Source: a virus
Taxonomy: Duplodnaviria > Caudoviricetes
IMG/VR virus record: IMGVR_UViG_3300036826_000378
Span: 1-58,061 of that record
Reading direction: 5' to 3' (one strand)
DNA: 58,061 nt
Position 1 is the stretch's first letter. The number at the start of each line of letters is the position of its first letter. The position numbers and the translations under genes were made by a program. Below, in pieces: positions 44,785 through 54,928 of the stretch. The notes below the pieces were generated by a model, which did not search any database, had not been told where the DNA came from, and saw only the letters and a program-made list of their open reading frames with translations.

Positions 44785-44849
44785 CCTTCGGGGGCAACCC
44801 CGCCCGGCGGGCTTCATGTGGTGCACCACCTCACAAAGGAGCTCCACGA

Positions 44850-45305
44850 ATGGCGCAGGGCATCAATGCGCGCAAGCAGTCGAAGCTGGAGGAGGTCAGC
44901 GCAACGCCGCTCGACCTTCTGGACCGCACGGCTATCCAGGTCGCCGACGAGACGGTCTACGCCGGCAAACTCTCGATCAACCAACTCATCGCCGTAGCGC
45001 ACACGGCGGTCGAGGCGATGACGAAGCTCTCCCCGGAGCACCGCAACGTGCTGACGGAACTGGCCGGCGAAGACCAGGCTGGCGGCCTGGCCGAACTCAG
45101 CTCCCTCCTGGCGGTCCTCAACGAGGAGACGGTCAGCCAGATCATCGCCACGATCGTGAAGCGGGATCGGGCCTGGGTGGCAGAGAACGTGGGCCTGCTG
45201 GAGACGCTGCTGATCCTGGAAGCGGTCGCCGATCACAACGACATCGCACAGGTGCGTGCGGTTTTTTTTCGCCTCGTCAATCGCTTCAGGAGTTCCGCAA
45301 CCTGA
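44850..45305 (+). CDS. tail assembly chaperone (G form)
   Basis: SD AAAGGAG; T8 slippery run near the 3' end. Confidence 0.8.
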   Translation: MAQGINARKQSKLEEVSATPLDLLDRTAIQVADETVYAGKLSINQLIAVAHTAVEAMTKLSPEHRNVLTELAGEDQAGGLAELSSLLAVLNEETVSQIIATIVKRDRAWVAENVGLLETLLILEAVADHNDIAQVRAVFFRLVNRFRSSAT

Positions 45306-45661
45306 GCGAACCACTGGCGACGCTCGAAGTGTTTGGCGTGTCGGCCGAGGAGGCGCGCGAGCACTCCCTGGAGTGGCTACAAGGCGTCTCGGAGACAGTG
45401 ATGCGCAGGCGGCGAAGCGACAAGGCAGACGCCCTGACGTTCGCTGTGCTCGCGGCAGCCGTTGGCGCTGGCAGCGAAGACGCGGCCTCGGAAGTCGAAC
45501 GGCTGATGAGCGAGCTGGTGCCACCGGAGGACGACGCGAGTCGCTCGCACCTGCTCAACCCCGATGCAGAGACGGACTGGGGTGCCGTCCGCGGCGGCGG
45601 CGTGGCGACGATGGCCGTCCAGCGCGTGAAGGTGTCGCCGGAGCCGGGAGAACCGACATGA
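44850..45661 (+). CDS. tail assembly chaperone GT form via -1 frameshift at 45260-45269
   Basis: GGTTTTTTTTC; -1 frame open to 45661 (SPRQSLQEFRNL...). Confidence 0.75.
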
Positions 45662-45867
45662 CGGACAAGAAGGAAGCGACCAAGGACGCACTGGCCGAGG
45701 GCCCCAAAGCCGCTGAGGCGCCGCCAGAGCGCGTCACAGCCACGTACCGCGGGCCCCACGACGCGCTCGTGCTGGAAGACGGCACTGTGCTCCTCCTGCA
45801 TGTCGAGACGGCGACTACGCAGGCCGCGATCGACGCGGCGCGGACCGCCGGCCACCTCATCGACTGA
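45658..45867 (+). CDS. small hypothetical protein (MTDKKEAT...)
   Basis: SD GGGAG, ATGA overlap. Confidence 0.65.
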   Translation: MTDKKEATKDALAEGPKAAEAPPERVTATYRGPHDALVLEDGTVLLLHVETATTQAAIDAARTAGHLID

Positions 45868-45887
45868 CGGACTGAGGGCCGCTTCTC

Positions 45888-48800
45888 GTGGCTGACGTCG
45901 CGCGCCTCCTGCTGCTCCTGACCGGCAACGCCGAGGGTGCCGTCGCGGCCCTGGGTGAAACCGATGCCGCCCTGAAGGAGGTGGGTCGGAGCGCGAACGA
46001 GAGCAACGGGTTCCTCGGCGGCCTCGCCAACGGCTTCAAAGCGCTGGTGGTGGGCACGGTCGCCGTTGGTGCCGTGATTGCCGCCGTCAGCACGAAGTTC
46101 GCCGCTGACTTTCAGCAGGGGACGACACGCCTCATCACCAACGCGGGCGAGACGCGCGATGCCGTCGAGAACATCATCAAGCCAGCGCTGCTGGATATGG
46201 CCGTTACTACCGGCTATTCGACTGAGCAGCTCGTGGAAGGCTTCCGTGTGGTCAGCTCGGCTGGGTACAAGGCAGCCGAGGGCGTCAAGGTACTCACGGT
46301 CTCAGCCGAAGGTGCTCGGGCGGAACAGGCGGACCTCGGTGTTGTCCTGAACGCCGTCACCAGCATCCTCAACGCTTACAACCTCAAAGCTGACGACGCC
46401 GGCATGGTCATGAACACCCTGACCCTGGCCATGCAGAGCGGCAAGCTCACCCTGCAAGACCTCTCCAATGCCCTGGGTACCGTCATCCCCGCGGCGGCGA
46501 ATGCCAACATCAATATCCAGGAACTGACCTCAGCGCTTGCCACCATGGCCAATGAGGGCATCAAGCCGGCGAACGCAGCCACTTATCTGCGGTTCACCAT
46601 CCTGAACCTTCAGAACGCCACACCAAAGGCACGCAAGGAGCTGGAGGCGATCGGGCTGTCTGCTGATTCGCTCAGCCGGACGCTCACCACGCATGGCCTC
46701 GGTGCCGCCCTGGAAGTGCTCGATCAGGCCATCGCCAAGAAGTTCCCTTCCAGTGCCGCTGTGTTCAGGGCGGAGATGGCGAAGGTCAAGGCCGGAACGG
46801 AAGACATGGACACCGCCATGGTGAACATGACCAAGAACAGTCCGGAGGCGACTGCCGCGCTGTCCAACATCACAGGTGGCATCCGTGGCGCGCAGGGTGC
46901 CCTGGCGCTTGGTGGCGCCCACCTGTCCGGGTTCATCTCCATGACAAAGGACGTGACCGACAAGGTGCGCTTGGCCGGTCACGAGATCATCGGATGGCGC
47001 GAGATCCAGGACAACATGAACTTCCAGCTCTCGCGCGCCAAGGAAGCGCTGGAGCTGCTGGCGATCTCGCTCGGGACCAAGCTCTTGCCGTACGCCACCA
47101 TGGCGTTCAAGGTCTTCGCTGACTGGGCCCCCAGTCTAGTCGCCCTGCCTGGCCAGCTTCAAGCGATGGCCACTGTGGTCGCACAGGCGGTCGGTCCCTG
47201 GGCGGCGCTTGTACTGCACATGACGCAGTCGCTGGGGCCTTTCGGCTGGTTCCTGGGGCCGGGAGTAGGGGTCGCTGCCAACCTCCGGGGCGTCCGCGAC
47301 ATGGTCAAGTTGCTCTCGGACGAAATCAGCGTTGGTGCGCCCAAGTGGCTCATCTTCGAAGACGCTCTCCAGCAGATCGGCTTCAGTGCCGATCGCGCCG
47401 GAGAGATCGGGTCACAGTTCCGCTCGGCGTGGGCGGCGGTTCACCCTCTCCTCAGCACGCTGGCCACTGTGATTCGCGGGCTCGACTCCGACATTCGGAT
47501 CGGCGTGCCCTTCTGGATGGCGCTCGAAAACACGCTGATGCGACTGGGAATGGGCGGCAAGCAGGCCATCGCCTGGGGCTACGAACTGCGCCAAATCTGG
47601 GAGGCTATCCAGCGAGCGGGCCGGCAGTTGTGGGAAATGCTGGGGCACGCCCTCGGCCCAGCGCTGACACAGTTTGCGCGCGATGCCGGCCCGCTCTGGA
47701 AGCAACTGCGCGAGACCTGGGAAAGCTTGAAGCCGATCCTGGCCGCCGTGGGCGTCGTGCTGGGCATCATCGCTGCTGTCGGCATGGCGTTGCTGGTCGG
47801 CGTGGTGAAGGGGCTCATCATGGCCCTGGGCGTGGTGCTGCCGGATGCAGTCCACTTCCTGATTACGGCCCTGATGCTCGCTGCTGCGATTATCAAGCTG
47901 GCAGCCGACATCATCGTCGGTTCCTGGCGGCTCGCCATGGCGATCTTCAAGGCGCTGATCTTCGGCGACTGGAAGGGCCTGTGGGAAACCGCGAAGGACG
48001 TTCTCGGCAAGATTGCTGGAGACATCGGGAACATCGTCGGCGACCTGATGGACCTGATCGGCACGATCGTCCACACGGGCGTGATGGCTACCTACTGGTT
48101 CTTCTGGGGGCTGGTGTCCGGGGTCGTCGGCTTCTTCCAGTGGCTGTTCCAGCAGCTCGTCGGCGGGTCGATTGTGCCGGATCTTGTCAACGCCATCATC
48201 CAGTGGATCCTCCGCCTCGACTCGATGGTCATCGCGATCATCCGCCTTCTCGTAAACACCGCCATCGCCGTGTTCATGTACCTCTGGAACGCTGGCGTCT
48301 CTGGAGCGCAGGCGTTGGCGAATGGCGTGTTCGGGGCCTTGCAGTGGATGGCGAACGCGGCAGGTTCGGCTGTGGACTGGCTGAGACAGAACGTCCTCGG
48401 CCGCTTGTCGAGCCTGATCGGCGACGCCATCAGTTATGCCTCTTCAGTGGGCAGCGGGATCGCGAACGGGATCGCGAACGGCATCCGCAACGGGGCCTCC
48501 GTGATCATCAACGCGGCGCGCAGCGCGGCCCAGTCGGCACTGAACGCGGCCAAGAACCTGCTGGGGATCACTTCGCCGTCGACCGTCATGGCGCGGGAGG
48601 TGGGCCTGCCGACCGCCCAAGGCGTGGCCTTGGGTATCGACCAAGGGGCCTCGCAGGCGCAGAACGCCCTCGGGCGTCTCGTGCGTGGCCTGTCACAGGG
48701 AGTCACCGGCGCCGCGCTGGCGACCTCGGCCGACCTGACCGCCAAGCTCTCCAGCTCGATCTCGAACACGGCCGCGGCGTTGACAACCCCGGCGGCCGCA

Positions 48801-48920
48801 GGCGGTACCGACAACGCCGACATCCTCGACCGGCTTGACCGAACGAACCAGCTCCTCCTGGCAATCGCGCGAGGCAAGTCCAATGTGAATGGCTTCGCAG
48901 CCGCACTGAGGCAAGGATGA
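45888..48920 (+). CDS. tape measure protein
   Basis: 1010 aa helical, Ala-rich with periodic W/F, LGITSPS motif. Confidence 0.92.
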   Translation: MADVARLLLLLTGNAEGAVAALGETDAALKEVGRSANESNGFLGGLANGFKALVVGTVAVGAVIAAVSTKFAADFQQGTTRLITNAGETRDAVENIIKPALLDMAVTTGYSTEQLVEGFRVVSSAGYKAAEGVKVLTVSAEGARAEQADLGVVLNAVTSILNAYNLKADDAGMVMNTLTLAMQSGKLTLQDLSNALGTVIPAAANANINIQELTSALATMANEGIKPANAATYLRFTILNLQNATPKARKELEAIGLSADSLSRTLTTHGLGAALEVLDQAIAKKFPSSAAVFRAEMAKVKAGTEDMDTAMVNMTKNSPEATAALSNITGGIRGAQGALALGGAHLSGFISMTKDVTDKVRLAGHEIIGWREIQDNMNFQLSRAKEALELLAISLGTKLLPYATMAFKVFADWAPSLVALPGQLQAMATVVAQAVGPWAALVLHMTQSLGPFGWFLGPGVGVAANLRGVRDMVKLLSDEISVGAPKWLIFEDALQQIGFSADRAGEIGSQFRSAWAAVHPLLSTLATVIRGLDSDIRIGVPFWMALENTLMRLGMGGKQAIAWGYELRQIWEAIQRAGRQLWEMLGHALGPALTQFARDAGPLWKQLRETWESLKPILAAVGVVLGIIAAVGMALLVGVVKGLIMALGVVLPDAVHFLITALMLAAAIIKLAADIIVGSWRLAMAIFKALIFGDWKGLWETAKDVLGKIAGDIGNIVGDLMDLIGTIVHTGVMATYWFFWGLVSGVVGFFQWLFQQLVGGSIVPDLVNAIIQWILRLDSMVIAIIRLLVNTAIAVFMYLWNAGVSGAQALANGVFGALQWMANAAGSAVDWLRQNVLGRLSSLIGDAISYASSVGSGIANGIANGIRNGASVIINAARSAAQSALNAAKNLLGITSPSTVMAREVGLPTAQGVALGIDQGASQAQNALGRLVRGLSQGVTGAALATSADLTAKLSSSISNTAAALTTPAAAGGTDNADILDRLDRTNQLLLAIARGKSNVNGFAAALRQG

Positions 48921-51900
48921 CGACACCATACACGCCGACCTGGCTGGTTCCCTCGACGCCGGGCATGCTTTGCAACTTCTACGGTTCAAATGCGGGCACG
49001 TACGAAACGCCTCCGGCGCCGCACCTCTCGGTGGATGGCTTTAAGACGTCCAACCTGCCGGCTGGTTCGTACTCGTTCGTCATGGTCACGTCCGGGCCTG
49101 GGGGCGTGTCAAACACCAGCCTCGCCGCCTCGATCATCATCACTATCAACCAAGCGATCGACATTGGCATGACAGACATGCCAGATGACACGTGGCCCGT
49201 GTACCGGTTGTACCTTACGTCGGCGCCTGGCGGAGTGACGCTCGGAGAGGTCCCGCTTGTCGACGCAGACGGCACTGGCGCGGCGGTCCCGCTCAACGCG
49301 GGCAGCGAGCAGCAGGGGTACAACGTCGGCGCCGACAACTGGCTCACCGCGGTGAACCAGTGCACGGGCGTCGGCGCTCCGACTGGACCTGGGAATTACG
49401 ACGCGATCCCTCTCACGCTGCGCTACAGCAACCCCAACCAGTCCTCGAAGCCTGCCGCTGCTCGCCTGCGCGTGACCAGAGTCGGCCGGAACGGGACGAG
49501 CTCGGGCTCCGAGGACATCTACGACGGTGGTTGGGTGGGAAACGTGGCCACGCAGGCGGCTCCGAACCTGGAAGGCAGTTTCGGACCGAACGGAGCGGTG
49601 TACTACCCGAAATCGGGTCGTGTCTACCTCCTGCTTGGCAACGCCTCGAACTACTTCCCGTACCAGCGGGCCGGGGCCGCACTGCTCTCTGCGCCGGCTG
49701 CCGGCGGCAGCGTGGGTACCTGGCGCCTGGAAGCTGCCGTGCCATCGGCCGTTGCTGGCGACACCAGCGATCCCGGCGGTCTCTGCATCATCAACGGCTA
49801 CCTCTACACCGTCACGGACGGGAGTATCTGGTATGCCCAGATCCTCGGCGACGGGTCCGTTGCCAACTGGGCGGTCGCTACCCCCTCCACCTACACGGGC
49901 GGTGGTGGAGAGACGCTGTGTGGGTTCGACACTGGCCTGGGAGTCGCGCCCGTCGGCACGATCTTCGTCTTCAATACCACCAGTGTTAACTCGTTTACGG
50001 TCAACCCGGACGGCACCTTGGCTTTCGTCACCAATAAGACGCTATCGGTGGCCTTCCGTAGGTATGGCGCCGCATTCTGCGAGCCGTCCAACACTGTCGG
50101 CGCCACGACGGGCTACCTCGTCTACATGGGCGGCCAGGACGGGAGCAGCGTTGACCAGAGCACCATCTTCTACATCCAAGTAGACCTTGGCACCGGTACG
50201 GGGTTCACAACCTGGACCACATCGGGAGTCACGCTGCCCGCGGCGATGTCCCACTTCGCCTGCGCGCATTGGGGAGCGGTCGCATCTTGGCCAGGTGGAG
50301 AAAGCGGCGGGGTACTGATCGCAGGTGGGGTTTCGGGTGGGGTGGCGCGCAATCAGGTCTACGAAGCGTCCTTCAACACGTGGTACACGCAGTCGCCACC
50401 CCAGTTCACCCAGGTAGGTACGCTCCCGACTACCCTGGCGGCCTGCTCGGCCGCGGTGTTCAACGACTGGCCTTTCATCAACCTGCCGGTGCCGTCGGCG
50501 ATCCCCAATGACACTCGCGACACGAACTACGCTGTCTTCGGGCTCAACGTCACCTACGGCCAGAACGGCTACATCCAGTTTGGCAGCCAGGTCTTCCATT
50601 CGGGTACCGCTTCGGAGCTGACCGGTTCGCAGCTTGGCCAGAACGGTTCTGTTGTCAACAACAGCGATGGTACCGTGGACGTGACGCTCTACGTCAATGC
50701 ACAGCCCCGCCAGAGCGGCCCGGTCAACGCGCCGCTCTACCTCAGCAACGGCGATCAGATCCAGTGCGATGTGCAGTTCCTGGATCAGTCCGGCGATCCC
50801 TCGCCGTGGGCCTCCACGATCATCAACATCGGCCAGCCACCTGGGATCACTGGCATCGTTCCGACGATCAGCACGGCCACAGGAAAGCCGACAGCCAGCT
50901 TCCAGTACCTGCCGGGCGCAGGAGGGGGGCTTCAGGGAACATGGCGCCTCCAGGTGTATACGCCCTCCAGCGCCCTGGTCTTCGACACGGGCACGCGCGT
51001 GGATCAGACCAATGTGGTCGTAGTCAACACGGCCCCGCTGCTGCTCTCTGGTACCCAGTACACGTTCGTCTGGACGGTGGCTTCGACCGACACCCCGATG
51101 AACGACGGACACTCGACCAATCTGATTGGGACCACCAGCCTGCTTGTCACGCCCTCCTACAACCCCCCGCCGCCGCCGCTGAACTTCGCGGTGACGACCG
51201 ACAGCACGCGTTGCGCCGCACTGCCGTCCTGGACGAATCCCATGGCCGGGCCGGCGCTAGGGCCATCTCCAGCGCAGGCTGACCCCACCGGCGCGAGCAG
51301 TCTGCTCCCGGGGACGTACAGCGTCGCCTACACGTTCCTGACCACCGCGGGCTACGAGACGTCAGCGTCGCCCGTGGGGTCGGTTTCGATCGCTGACTTG
51401 CTCGCACCTGCGCTCTCGCCCGCGGTCGTCTCGGCGGATCCCACTGGCGCGCAGGGACTGGTGCCTGGCTCCTACAGCTTCGTCCAGACGTACACCAACA
51501 GCGCGGGGGAGACTACGGTCAGTCCCACCGCAGCGGTGGTCATCGCGGACGTCACCGCTCCCTCGGCGCCGGTTGTGGCTCAGGCCGAACCGACGGGAGC
51601 CGCTGGCCTGATCCCCGGGTCCTATACCTTCGTCCAGACATACACCAATACTGTTGGCGAGACAACTGCGAGCAGCACCGGCAACGTCACCATCGCGGAC
51701 ATCGCGGCGCCTTCGTCGCCTTCTCTGGCGCAATCCGCAGCGTCCAGTGCGTTCACCAGCGGGCAAACAATCCACGTCCGAATCGAATACGCGAACACAG
51801 TTGGCCGCACAACGCCAAGCGCAGACACTTCCATCGTGATTGCGACCAACGGCAACAAGGTGACAACGACGATCACCCTTCCGTCTGGATCCAACGGAAT

Positions 51901-53743
51901 GCGTCTGTTTGTCGGAACCAGTTCGTCCTGTCTCGCCCTGGCTGACATCGATTCGGCCGGAACGGTGACCTTCCTGGGGGGCAAGAGTTCAGGCGTTACC
52001 GTGGTGGTGTCCGGCGGACTCCAGCTCACCATCACTGAAACGGCCAGTGGTACCGGGAACGCGCAGGATGGGACGAACACCGCTCACAGAGTCATCCAAT
52101 GGACGCCACCCTCGCTGCCGGCCGGCCGGACGTCTGTGAAGTTGTACCTCACGGTGGTGCCGGGTGGCGGCCCGGCGTTGGGCTTCGAGGCCAGCGCCTC
52201 TACCACCACGCCGATCCTCATCACAGGTGGAGGGAACGGCACTTCGGCGCCAGGATCGAACACCGCGCACCGCTGCATCCAGTGGACACCACCCTCGCTG
52301 CCGTCCGGCGCTACGAGTGTGAAGTTGTACCTCACTGTGGTGCCCGGGGGCGGCCCTGCCCTCGGCTTCGAGACCTCAGCCACAACCACGACACCCATCG
52401 CGATCACCACGGGCGGCAACGGCACCGCGGCGCCGGGCACCAACACAGCACATCGGGTGATCTCGGTGCCGGCCATCACTCTTCCAGGCGGCGTCTCCGC
52501 TGCGAGGTGGTACCTGACCTCCGCTCCGGGGGGCGTGACGGCTGGATTCGAGGTGCAGAACGGCGGCGGTCCGACGACCATCTCTGCCGGCGGGAACGGC
52601 GTGCTGCCACCGGCCACGACCGGCATGACCCGGATCTACTACCGCCGGAACGGCACGACGCCGTGGTACCTGCTGGTGGACGCATTCGTGAACTACTCGG
52701 TCAAGGTGGAGGCGGAGAGCGGCGTTCTGGCTGGGGGCGCGAGCATCCACTCCGACCACTCCAACTACTCCGGTTCAGGTTTCGTCCCCCTTGCGGCCAC
52801 CGGCAATGCGGACACGCTCAGCGTCACGGTGCCTACCGCTGGCACATACACGCTCGATATCCGTTACGCGAACGGCCAAGGCGTCTCCGAGACGCTGGAC
52901 ATCGTCGTGAACGGCGGCACGCCGCAGACCGTGACCTTCCCCGCCACTGCCAACTGGGACACTTGGGGAGACGTCACCACCACCGTGACACTCTCGGCTG
53001 GAGTGAACACGATCGAGGTAATCGAGAACTCCGGAGACACGGGCCACTTCAACGTGGACTACATCGTCATCTCCGCGGGCGCCTCGTCGGCGGTACTTAT
53101 GGATCAGCTCGCGATCGGCGCCAAGTACGACTTCGCCATCTCGGCAGTCGACACCTCTGGCGGGATGGAGTCGGCGATGACCGCAGCGGTCAGCAACGTT
53201 ACCATCCCGAACCCCGCGAACGGGGCCACCGTCATGCTGCATATCCAGGGACACGGGCCCTCGTACTACGTGCCTTTGATGGCCACCGGCGGCGTGAAGG
53301 TCAAGGGGTTTCTGGACGTGCAGCCGGCGCCGATGTTCGGCCTTGCGGCCCCCACGCTTCGCTACGGGATCACCGACTTCCGCGAGTTCGACATGACGGC
53401 ACGGTTGATCGACACCTCCACCGATCCGTTGGGAGCGACCACGTACACGGAGCTTCAGGGCGTCTTCGCGCAGTTCAAGCAGGGCGCCACAGGCGTGCTG
53501 AGGACGGTGGCTGGCACGATGATGACCGTCGGGCTCTCGGTCATCACCAGTAGCGCGACGGCCTCCCTGTACGACGTCAGCTTCCTGCCTTCCTCGTATC
53601 TGGCGATGCGCGAGATCACCTTGTCGTTTCTCCAAATTCCCAACCAGTACCAGCCGTCCACGACGGCTGGCAGCGCGCTGGGGATGCTGCCACAGGTCAA
53701 TGGTTCGGTGACACCGCTGGACCTGCTGGAGCTGGCCATCTGA
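48917..53743 (+). CDS. large minor tail protein: Kelch-like repeats, FN3, nested beta-sandwich repeats, CBM6/35
   Basis: 1608 aa after TMP; MGGQDG and IAGG Kelch-like motifs; VEAESG...IRYANG...FP.T..W..W...NVDYI CBM. Confidence 0.85.
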   Translation: MTTPYTPTWLVPSTPGMLCNFYGSNAGTYETPPAPHLSVDGFKTSNLPAGSYSFVMVTSGPGGVSNTSLAASIIITINQAIDIGMTDMPDDTWPVYRLYLTSAPGGVTLGEVPLVDADGTGAAVPLNAGSEQQGYNVGADNWLTAVNQCTGVGAPTGPGNYDAIPLTLRYSNPNQSSKPAAARLRVTRVGRNGTSSGSEDIYDGGWVGNVATQAAPNLEGSFGPNGAVYYPKSGRVYLLLGNASNYFPYQRAGAALLSAPAAGGSVGTWRLEAAVPSAVAGDTSDPGGLCIINGYLYTVTDGSIWYAQILGDGSVANWAVATPSTYTGGGGETLCGFDTGLGVAPVGTIFVFNTTSVNSFTVNPDGTLAFVTNKTLSVAFRRYGAAFCEPSNTVGATTGYLVYMGGQDGSSVDQSTIFYIQVDLGTGTGFTTWTTSGVTLPAAMSHFACAHWGAVASWPGGESGGVLIAGGVSGGVARNQVYEASFNTWYTQSPPQFTQVGTLPTTLAACSAAVFNDWPFINLPVPSAIPNDTRDTNYAVFGLNVTYGQNGYIQFGSQVFHSGTASELTGSQLGQNGSVVNNSDGTVDVTLYVNAQPRQSGPVNAPLYLSNGDQIQCDVQFLDQSGDPSPWASTIINIGQPPGITGIVPTISTATGKPTASFQYLPGAGGGLQGTWRLQVYTPSSALVFDTGTRVDQTNVVVVNTAPLLLSGTQYTFVWTVASTDTPMNDGHSTNLIGTTSLLVTPSYNPPPPPLNFAVTTDSTRCAALPSWTNPMAGPALGPSPAQADPTGASSLLPGTYSVAYTFLTTAGYETSASPVGSVSIADLLAPALSPAVVSADPTGAQGLVPGSYSFVQTYTNSAGETTVSPTAAVVIADVTAPSAPVVAQAEPTGAAGLIPGSYTFVQTYTNTVGETTASSTGNVTIADIAAPSSPSLAQSAASSAFTSGQTIHVRIEYANTVGRTTPSADTSIVIATNGNKVTTTITLPSGSNGMRLFVGTSSSCLALADIDSAGTVTFLGGKSSGVTVVVSGGLQLTITETASGTGNAQDGTNTAHRVIQWTPPSLPAGRTSVKLYLTVVPGGGPALGFEASASTTTPILITGGGNGTSAPGSNTAHRCIQWTPPSLPSGATSVKLYLTVVPGGGPALGFETSATTTTPIAITTGGNGTAAPGTNTAHRVISVPAITLPGGVSAARWYLTSAPGGVTAGFEVQNGGGPTTISAGGNGVLPPATTGMTRIYYRRNGTTPWYLLVDAFVNYSVKVEAESGVLAGGASIHSDHSNYSGSGFVPLAATGNADTLSVTVPTAGTYTLDIRYANGQGVSETLDIVVNGGTPQTVTFPATANWDTWGDVTTTVTLSAGVNTIEVIENSGDTGHFNVDYIVISAGASSAVLMDQLAIGAKYDFAISAVDTSGGMESAMTAAVSNVTIPNPANGATVMLHIQGHGPSYYVPLMATGGVKVKGFLDVQPAPMFGLAAPTLRYGITDFREFDMTARLIDTSTDPLGATTYTELQGVFAQFKQGATGVLRTVAGTMMTVGLSVITSSATASLYDVSFLPSSYLAMREITLSFLQIPNQYQPSTTAGSALGMLPQVNGSVTPLDLLELAI

Positions 53744-53776
53744 GGGCAACCCCGCCGCTGGCTGACCTTCTGGAGC

Positions 53777-54928
53777 GTGCAGCTCCTCAGCGGCGTCTCC
53801 AGCCTCGGCACCACGTACTCCGCCGCCCAGGTGCTCTCTCAACTGCTCGCGCCGTCAGCGCGTGAGTCATATGTCTTCTACCAGTACGACTACTCCAGGC
53901 GCTTCAAGGCGGATCTGAGCCCACTCGTGAACGTCGGTTCAACGCCGGCCATCGAGCACGACACCACCCGGGCCGTGAAGCGCACGCTCGGGTTCACTAC
54001 CCGCGGTGACGCGCAATTCAGTCAGCTTCGCGATCTGATCCAGCCACGGTACCGTTTGTTCATGCCGGACGGTGGCTACGTGGAGTGGCCACTGGGCCTG
54101 TTCACGGTACTACCGCCGAGTCAGAGCATCACGTCAGCACAGACGTGGCTTCAGTTCCAGCTTCCCGAAGTGACCCAACTTCTTGTGGACGCCAGCTTCA
54201 CGACCACCTACACGGCCGCCGCGGGGGCCAGCTACATCGCGACCATCCGCGACATCGTCTCTACGGCGGACCTCCCCACAACGCTGCCCGTACAGATCGT
54301 GGATCCAGGCACCACCATCCCGGCAACGCTCACCTGGGAGTATGGAACCTCGCGCCTCCAGGCGATCAACGATCTACTCGACGCGATCAGCTACTTCCCG
54401 CTCTGGTCTGACGAGAACGGCACTCTGCGCTCCAGCGAGATCCCCGACTGGAACACAGTGACCCCCTCGGCGACGTTCGACGCGACCAAGCCACAAACTA
54501 CGATCGCCATCGACCTGAGCGAGACCGCCGACATCAGCCAGGCGTACAACCAAGTGCTTGTCGTCGGTGAAGATCCACGCCGAAACGTCGTTACGGGGTT
54601 CTACGAAAACACGAACCCGGAGTCTCAGGTGAGCACGGTCAACTGGCACCCGAAGCTCCAGGTCATCAAGGACTCCTCGGTGCCCGACACGTCTACGGCG
54701 CTGCGCAAAGCCAAGGCCGCGGCACAGCAGGCTGCACGCATCTACACCGAGCTCCAGATGAACACCCTGGCTTGGCCGGTCAGCCAGGACCACGACGTGT
54801 ACGAGGTCACCTACCAATCCACGGACACCGGCCTGGTGACCGGACCCTACGTTGAGATTGGCTGGACGGTGCACGCAGCCACGGGTGGGTTCACCCTGCA
54901 CAGGCTCACGAGGATCGTGCCGTCGTGA
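53777..54928 (+). CDS. minor tail/baseplate hub protein
   Basis: EWPLGLF, SRLQAINDLL..I.Y..LW.D..G, YNQVLV. Confidence 0.75.
   Translation: MQLLSGVSSLGTTYSAAQVLSQLLAPSARESYVFYQYDYSRRFKADLSPLVNVGSTPAIEHDTTRAVKRTLGFTTRGDAQFSQLRDLIQPRYRLFMPDGGYVEWPLGLFTVLPPSQSITSAQTWLQFQLPEVTQLLVDASFTTTYTAAAGASYIATIRDIVSTADLPTTLPVQIVDPGTTIPATLTWEYGTSRLQAINDLLDAISYFPLWSDENGTLRSSEIPDWNTVTPSATFDATKPQTTIAIDLSETADISQAYNQVLVVGEDPRRNVVTGFYENTNPESQVSTVNWHPKLQVIKDSSVPDTSTALRKAKAAAQQAARIYTELQMNTLAWPVSQDHDVYEVTYQSTDTGLVTGPYVEIGWTVHAATGGFTLHRLTRIVPS

Noticed and set aside
51260-52620. Near-duplicate segments as DGR template/variable repeats
   Set aside because: Both copies are in-frame coding, differences are not adenine-specific, and there is no reverse transcriptase in the window
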